Below, piece after piece: positions 59,749 through 64,000 of a stretch of DNA of 64,000 nucleotides; position 1 is the stretch's first letter; every line of letters begins with the position of its first letter. The notes under the pieces are model-generated. The model searched no databases. It worked only from the letters and a program-made list of their open reading frames with translations, and was not told the origin of the DNA. The stretch covers positions 43,774,001-43,838,000 of the forward strand of contig OZ076409.1 of NCBI GenBank assembly GCA_964187785.1, in the 5' to 3' direction. The position numbers and the translations under genes are program-made. Source of the DNA: Amphiscolops sp. MND2022. Lineage: Eukaryota.

Positions 59749-62700
59749 TTCCATGGAATGCTTACAATATTATTCAAATAACATCGCTTTTCATCGAATG
59801 CAGATAAAGAATTCTTTGTAACCTTTTGAAGAAACATATCATGATCTATAGATCTAATTACAAAATTTTCACATTCTCTTTGATAATCACCCCCAAATAA
59901 ACAGTTGTAATACTCTTCAAACTTTATATTCTTACTCTGAGATTTTGAGATACCTTTTAGTTTGTTAGAACTTTCACTACCACATTTATATGAATATGCT
60001 TTACTTCTCAAACAAACAAATTCATCAATCCAAATACTCCCAGGTGTTTCAATTTTAAATTTACCAACTACTTTCTTATTTTCTTCACTAAACAACTTAT
60101 GCTCTCTGTTTAAATTACTGAAATCAAACAAATCTTTGAGGTTATATAAGTCTTCAACAATATCTCTTGTCTTTATACTCAACACCATTGAGTCGCAGTC
60201 GGTATAGTGATGTTGAATATTTTCTTCCCCAAAATATGGTTGAAATTTATCATAGTAGGTCTCATACATCAACAGCTTACTCAACTCCAACACAGAGAAT
60301 CCAAGATATATTGGCTTATCCATCAGAACCTCATTCATCTTAAACGTGAAACTATCATATTTCTCATAACACTTATGGATCCCATTAAACGTCAACTTAG
60401 ATTGCCACTTCACCATCTTCTCTTCTTCATCTTTTTTAATGAACTCGATCTTAGTTCTATTTCGCACATTCTCCATTGTCTTTCCATAGAACGCATTGTT
60501 TAATAGTTTGTAAAAATCTTTCTCAAAATCATTTTTCGTCCTATTTCTTTTCTGAGTATTGAAATCAATGTACTTCTCCAACCACTTACTCTGCTTAAAA
60601 GAAATCACTTCATGAACTTTCTCAACAATCATACCATGTCTCACATAAAACTTCAACATTCGATAATGTATCAAATACCTTTTCTTATCAGTCCAATCAC
60701 ATATTAACTTTTTACATTTAACATAACTATCCTGCTTCATTTTTTTCATATACTCAGTACAGTTATCTTGAGGTGAAAACTTAGTATCTGGACAGAATGG
60801 GAAGTTCACAGTCTTCTCTCTTATCCCCTCAGGATATTTCAAGTCAACTTCAACAAAATACCCAACCTCACTATCATCAGGTGTATCTAATATATCTTCC
60901 AACTTAACATTACCATCAAATTTTATATCATCATATGGCAAATACTGACTCATTGCCCACCCATATAGATTATTAGCATCAATATATAAAATCTTTTTGT
61001 TTTCATCTGATTTAACATATCTATCCCCCATAACAGATGAAATCCCACCTCTAATATTATTCTCTAACATTAAGATCATATCTTTATCTTGAAGTGTTTG
61101 CAAATTAATCCCAGTATATTTCAATCCACATTCCCAAGTATATCCAGGAAGACTAACACAATATAACGGATTGATTTTAAATTCGTTTAATGATACCTTT
61201 ATGAACTTCTCAAACACATCTGCTAACAAAACAACATCAGTTTTCAAATACAACTCAGTCAACTCCTTTCCAGTTTTAATCTTAAAAGTTTCAATGATTT
61301 CATTTGTTCTCTGAATCTCACTATCTTGAGGATATCCATTTTTCAATCTACTGAAGTAATCCTCTTTTACAAGATCTTTAACTGACAACTGATAATCATC
61401 AAGAGATTTAAAATATTCATATGGGTACGCCAACTTCTTACTCAACAGCTCCCAATTATCAGGAAACTCTCTCTTCAGAATTGTCAACTCATCAACTGTT
61501 TTAACCAACCCATCTAAACTACTTGATAAAAATCTATATGAATCTATAAATCTAATACAACCATATGAAATTGATATATATTCCTCATTTGTCTTGGGTA
61601 TGACATGAAGGGGAACATTATCTGATTTTTTATCAATCAATGTTTTAAAGAACAAGTGACAGTCGTAGTTACTGAAGTTGTGAAACACGAATGGTATGAA
61701 ATTACTCTGTTTCTGTTTCACATTTATATTACACTTTTCATGTGCAGCCCCTCGATACCTACCAGTCAGATGACAATGATCTCTGACAGCTCTCCCATCT
61801 AAGGGAAGTTCACAGAACCAACAATGAGTACTATTCTTAAAATCTTCCTCATCTTCTTGAGTCATCATAATCTCTTTCTTTGTATTCTTAAAATAGAAAT
61901 TCATCTTATTCTCAATCTTTATGACTTCATTAACAAACCATTCAACATTATCCTCTCCAAAGGGCGAGAGATTCCATCCAGACTGTAGAACATTATCCAT
62001 CTCAGGTACTATGTAAAATCCATTACACATTGGATTTTGTCTGAAAATGTTTGTGGTTTTATTACCTATGTTAGAATATTCTCTTTTATTATTACATTCG
62101 AAATCACCATAGATCCTGAAATATAGTGGGATCTTATGAAAGTGCTTCTTCCACATTAAATGACTATCCTTGCTAACTCTGATAGCTGTGATATCTTGTT
62201 GCTTACATCTTTCAGTATGTTTCACCAAAACGTTTTCATTTGTAAAGCAACTTAGACATCGACGACAAACAAATTTTGAATCCCTTTTTCCTAAGAATAT
62301 ATGAAGTTTTTTAATGAGGGCATAGTGATTTTTATATATCACCAAATCAATCACTGTTTCTGAATTGTTCTCACTAACCTCAATAGGAATCAATTTATGT
62401 TTCCACTTTTCCCCCTCTTGATAGAACTGTAACTCAAATATATTAATAGCTAGATTATTCATCTTTTCAAATTTAGAAACATCTGATGTTTTAAAAGGGA
62501 ATTCCAATCCATCTGTTTTCAATTCTCTAAAATATTCTCGATAGTTTGAAACTCTATTAGGGTGAGAATTCTCACAAGGATGAAGGTGAGCTAAGATGCT
62601 CCATAGAAAACAGTACTTATCATTATTTTCAATGTTTAAAATAGCAGCGCTTCTAAGAGGTATTTTAACATAACTGCTACCATTCAGTTCAACAGTTTTA

Positions 62701-63320
62701 TAAAAGTATATAGTCATCGATGCAATTTTACAGAATCTCCAACCACTATCTTTCATCTCCAGATTTTCAATCAATGCATTTGTTTTTCCTTCTAGATCAT
62801 ACTTTTCAATATCATTCCAAGTTAAACTCTGATTGACCTCCAAACTAACATACTGTTCTAACTCATCTCGAGTCTCCTTATCGAAAATAACTGAGAAGAC
62901 AACTTGATATTTGAATTTATATTGCTCAATTAACCTAGCATATATTGCTGACATTTCTTTGAAGATATTATTCAGATCGAGCAATTCAATAGGGAGATCA
63001 TATTTAGGTTTGACAGTTATCTTACTATTTAAGTGTTTGGGGTGGTGTTGATCAAGATTAACATCATATTGAGGTTCATATCTTTTAGAGAAGTAGTATG
63101 GATTTATCATATGTTTTGCCAACTCTTTTTCTGAGAGATTGACTTTAGCTCTCGCTAATTGTTTTAGTGTTGGGACCGATCGCGCCCTTCGTTGTATAGG
63201 GTCTCCCGGTACAACGCCAATATTGTGTAAATGAATTTTAGATTTCTCATGTCTCGAGAAAGATGCTGTGTGAATGTGTTTATCACACACTTCACAATAT
63301 TTGGTATTCGTTGTGTTCAT
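59745..63320 (-). CDS. polB: Protein-primed family B DNA polymerase (adintovirus/Polinton type), 1191 aa
   Basis: ExoI YGDFEC; DHCHLTGRYRGAAH..CN; ExoII HNFSNYD; YPYEY; ExoIII YLKTDV; IRGG; motif A YIDANNLYG; motif B KLLNNAFYGK; motif C YTDCDS. Confidence 0.95.
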   Translation of the reverse strand: MNTTNTKYCEVCDKHIHTASFSRHEKSKIHLHNIGVVPGDPIQRRARSVPTLKQLARAKVNLSEKELAKHMINPYYFSKRYEPQYDVNLDQHHPKHLNSKITVKPKYDLPIELLDLNNIFKEMSAIYARLIEQYKFKYQVVFSVIFDKETRDELEQYVSLEVNQSLTWNDIEKYDLEGKTNALIENLEMKDSGWRFCKIASMTIYFYKTVELNGSSYVKIPLRSAAILNIENNDKYCFLWSILAHLHPCENSHPNRVSNYREYFRELKTDGLEFPFKTSDVSKFEKMNNLAINIFELQFYQEGEKWKHKLIPIEVSENNSETVIDLVIYKNHYALIKKLHIFLGKRDSKFVCRRCLSCFTNENVLVKHTERCKQQDITAIRVSKDSHLMWKKHFHKIPLYFRIYGDFECNNKREYSNIGNKTTNIFRQNPMCNGFYIVPEMDNVLQSGWNLSPFGEDNVEWFVNEVIKIENKMNFYFKNTKKEIMMTQEDEEDFKNSTHCWFCELPLDGRAVRDHCHLTGRYRGAAHEKCNINVKQKQSNFIPFVFHNFSNYDCHLFFKTLIDKKSDNVPLHVIPKTNEEYISISYGCIRFIDSYRFLSSSLDGLVKTVDELTILKREFPDNWELLSKKLAYPYEYFKSLDDYQLSVKDLVKEDYFSRLKNGYPQDSEIQRTNEIIETFKIKTGKELTELYLKTDVVLLADVFEKFIKVSLNEFKINPLYCVSLPGYTWECGLKYTGINLQTLQDKDMILMLENNIRGGISSVMGDRYVKSDENKKILYIDANNLYGWAMSQYLPYDDIKFDGNVKLEDILDTPDDSEVGYFVEVDLKYPEGIREKTVNFPFCPDTKFSPQDNCTEYMKKMKQDSYVKCKKLICDWTDKKRYLIHYRMLKFYVRHGMIVEKVHEVISFKQSKWLEKYIDFNTQKRNRTKNDFEKDFYKLLNNAFYGKTMENVRNRTKIEFIKKDEEEKMVKWQSKLTFNGIHKCYEKYDSFTFKMNEVLMDKPIYLGFSVLELSKLLMYETYYDKFQPYFGEENIQHHYTDCDSMVLSIKTRDIVEDLYNLKDLFDFSNLNREHKLFSEENKKVVGKFKIETPGSIWIDEFVCLRSKAYSYKCGSESSNKLKGISKSQSKNIKFEEYYNCLFGGDYQRECENFVIRSIDHDMFLQKVTKNSLSAFDEKRCYLNNIVSIPWN

Positions 63321-63352
63321 TTACTATATAAATTTTTATTCAATTGTTTTTT

Positions 63353-63658
63353 CTATTTTTCTATTTTTATAATAATTTCTATATTTCTCCGATTCCGTTT
63401 TGGGGGGATAGGTCGAGCTCGAGGTTGTTGTTGTTCTTCCACTACTGGTAGAACTCTAGGTTCTTGTTGTTCTTCCACTGCTGGTAGAACTCTAGGTTCT
63501 TGTTGTTCTTCCACTGCTAGTAGAACTCTGGGTTTTTGTGGGATTACACCTACATTTTTCTGTAAATGAATTTTAGACTTCAGATGCTTTGCAAACGATG
63601 ATGTGTGAACTTGTTTATCACAAGCTTCACAATATTTCCTATGATATGTTTCATCCAT
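63353..63658 (-). CDS. Small C2H2 zinc-finger protein, duplicate of the pPolB N-terminus, with 33-bp repeats
   Basis: KYCEACDKQVHTSSFAKHLKSKIH vs pPolB KYCEVCDKHIHTASFSRHEKSKIH; PRVLxxVEEQQ x3. Confidence 0.65.
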   Translation of the reverse strand: MDETYHRKYCEACDKQVHTSSFAKHLKSKIHLQKNVGVIPQKPRVLLAVEEQQEPRVLPAVEEQQEPRVLPVVEEQQQPRARPIPPKRNRRNIEIIIKIEK

Positions 63659-63689
63659 TTACTATAAAAATTTTTATTCAATTGTTTTT

Positions 63690-63863
63690 TCATTTTTCTA
63701 TTTTTATAATAATTTCTATATTTCTCCGCTTCCGTTTTGGGGGGATATAGTCTTCATCTTCGCTCTCCGAATCATCGATAAAGTCTTCATCTGAACTATG
63801 TAGAGATTCATCCTCAGAAACCTCACTTTCAGGATAAATTGTTTCACCTTCACTATCGCTCAT
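63690..63863 (-). CDS. 57-aa acidic protein with NLS-like tail (absent from the ORF track)
   Basis: Own translation: MSDSEGETIYPESEVSEDESLHSSDEDFIDDSESEDEDYIPPKRKRRNIEIIIKIEK; TAAATG start context. Confidence 0.55.
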   Translation of the reverse strand: MSDSEGETIYPESEVSEDESLHSSDEDFIDDSESEDEDYIPPKRKRRNIEIIIKIEK

Positions 63864-64000
63864 TTATAAACAAGAAAACTTCTTTCCTCACAAAGAGCTG
63901 TTCCCCCTTCATATATCTTAAAGTAGTTGCTATCAAGTCATAATAGTTAATGTTTTCATAATACCTAGCCGAGACCAACCACTTCATCATCCTAAGTGCA

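Larger units (their letters stand above)
58587..64000. mobile_element. Polinton/Maverick (adintovirus-like) element, one terminus; continues past the window
   Basis: Begins AGTAGT (Polinton-type terminus) inside a HINE-like repeat; AT-rich intronless ORFs including pPolB; candidate 6-bp TSD GATTCC (58581-58586). Confidence 0.85.

Overview
Eukaryotic (animal-like), transposon-dense DNA with no recognisable host gene. From left to right: (1) the 3' part of a + strand Ty3/Gypsy element (A, 1-9159) whose integrase is followed by a TARG1-like macrodomain ORF and a 1435-aa ORF with an SGNH-like domain; (2) a field of small non-autonomous DNA elements (DINE-1/HINE-like, CCC...GGG MITEs), a solo LTR and a ~180-bp tandem array; (3) a complete - strand Gypsy element (B, 21549-44122; 1736-bp LTRs, CTTGC TSD). 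B's Gag starts inside the LTR, it has no obvious PPT, and its 3' region carries an antisense four-intron gene for a BED-finger, catalytically degenerate hAT-transposase-like protein plus a divergent SIM-containing ORF. A non-autonomous BEL/Pao element (34024-40568, AGTGT TSD) is inserted in B's protease DTG codons; (4) more HINE-like repeats and a solo LTR of the B lineage; (5) one end of a Polinton/adintovirus-like element (58587 to window end) with a terminal fold-back, an HNH endonuclease and a protein-primed DNA polymerase B. All domain calls are by-eye motif recognition, not database searches.
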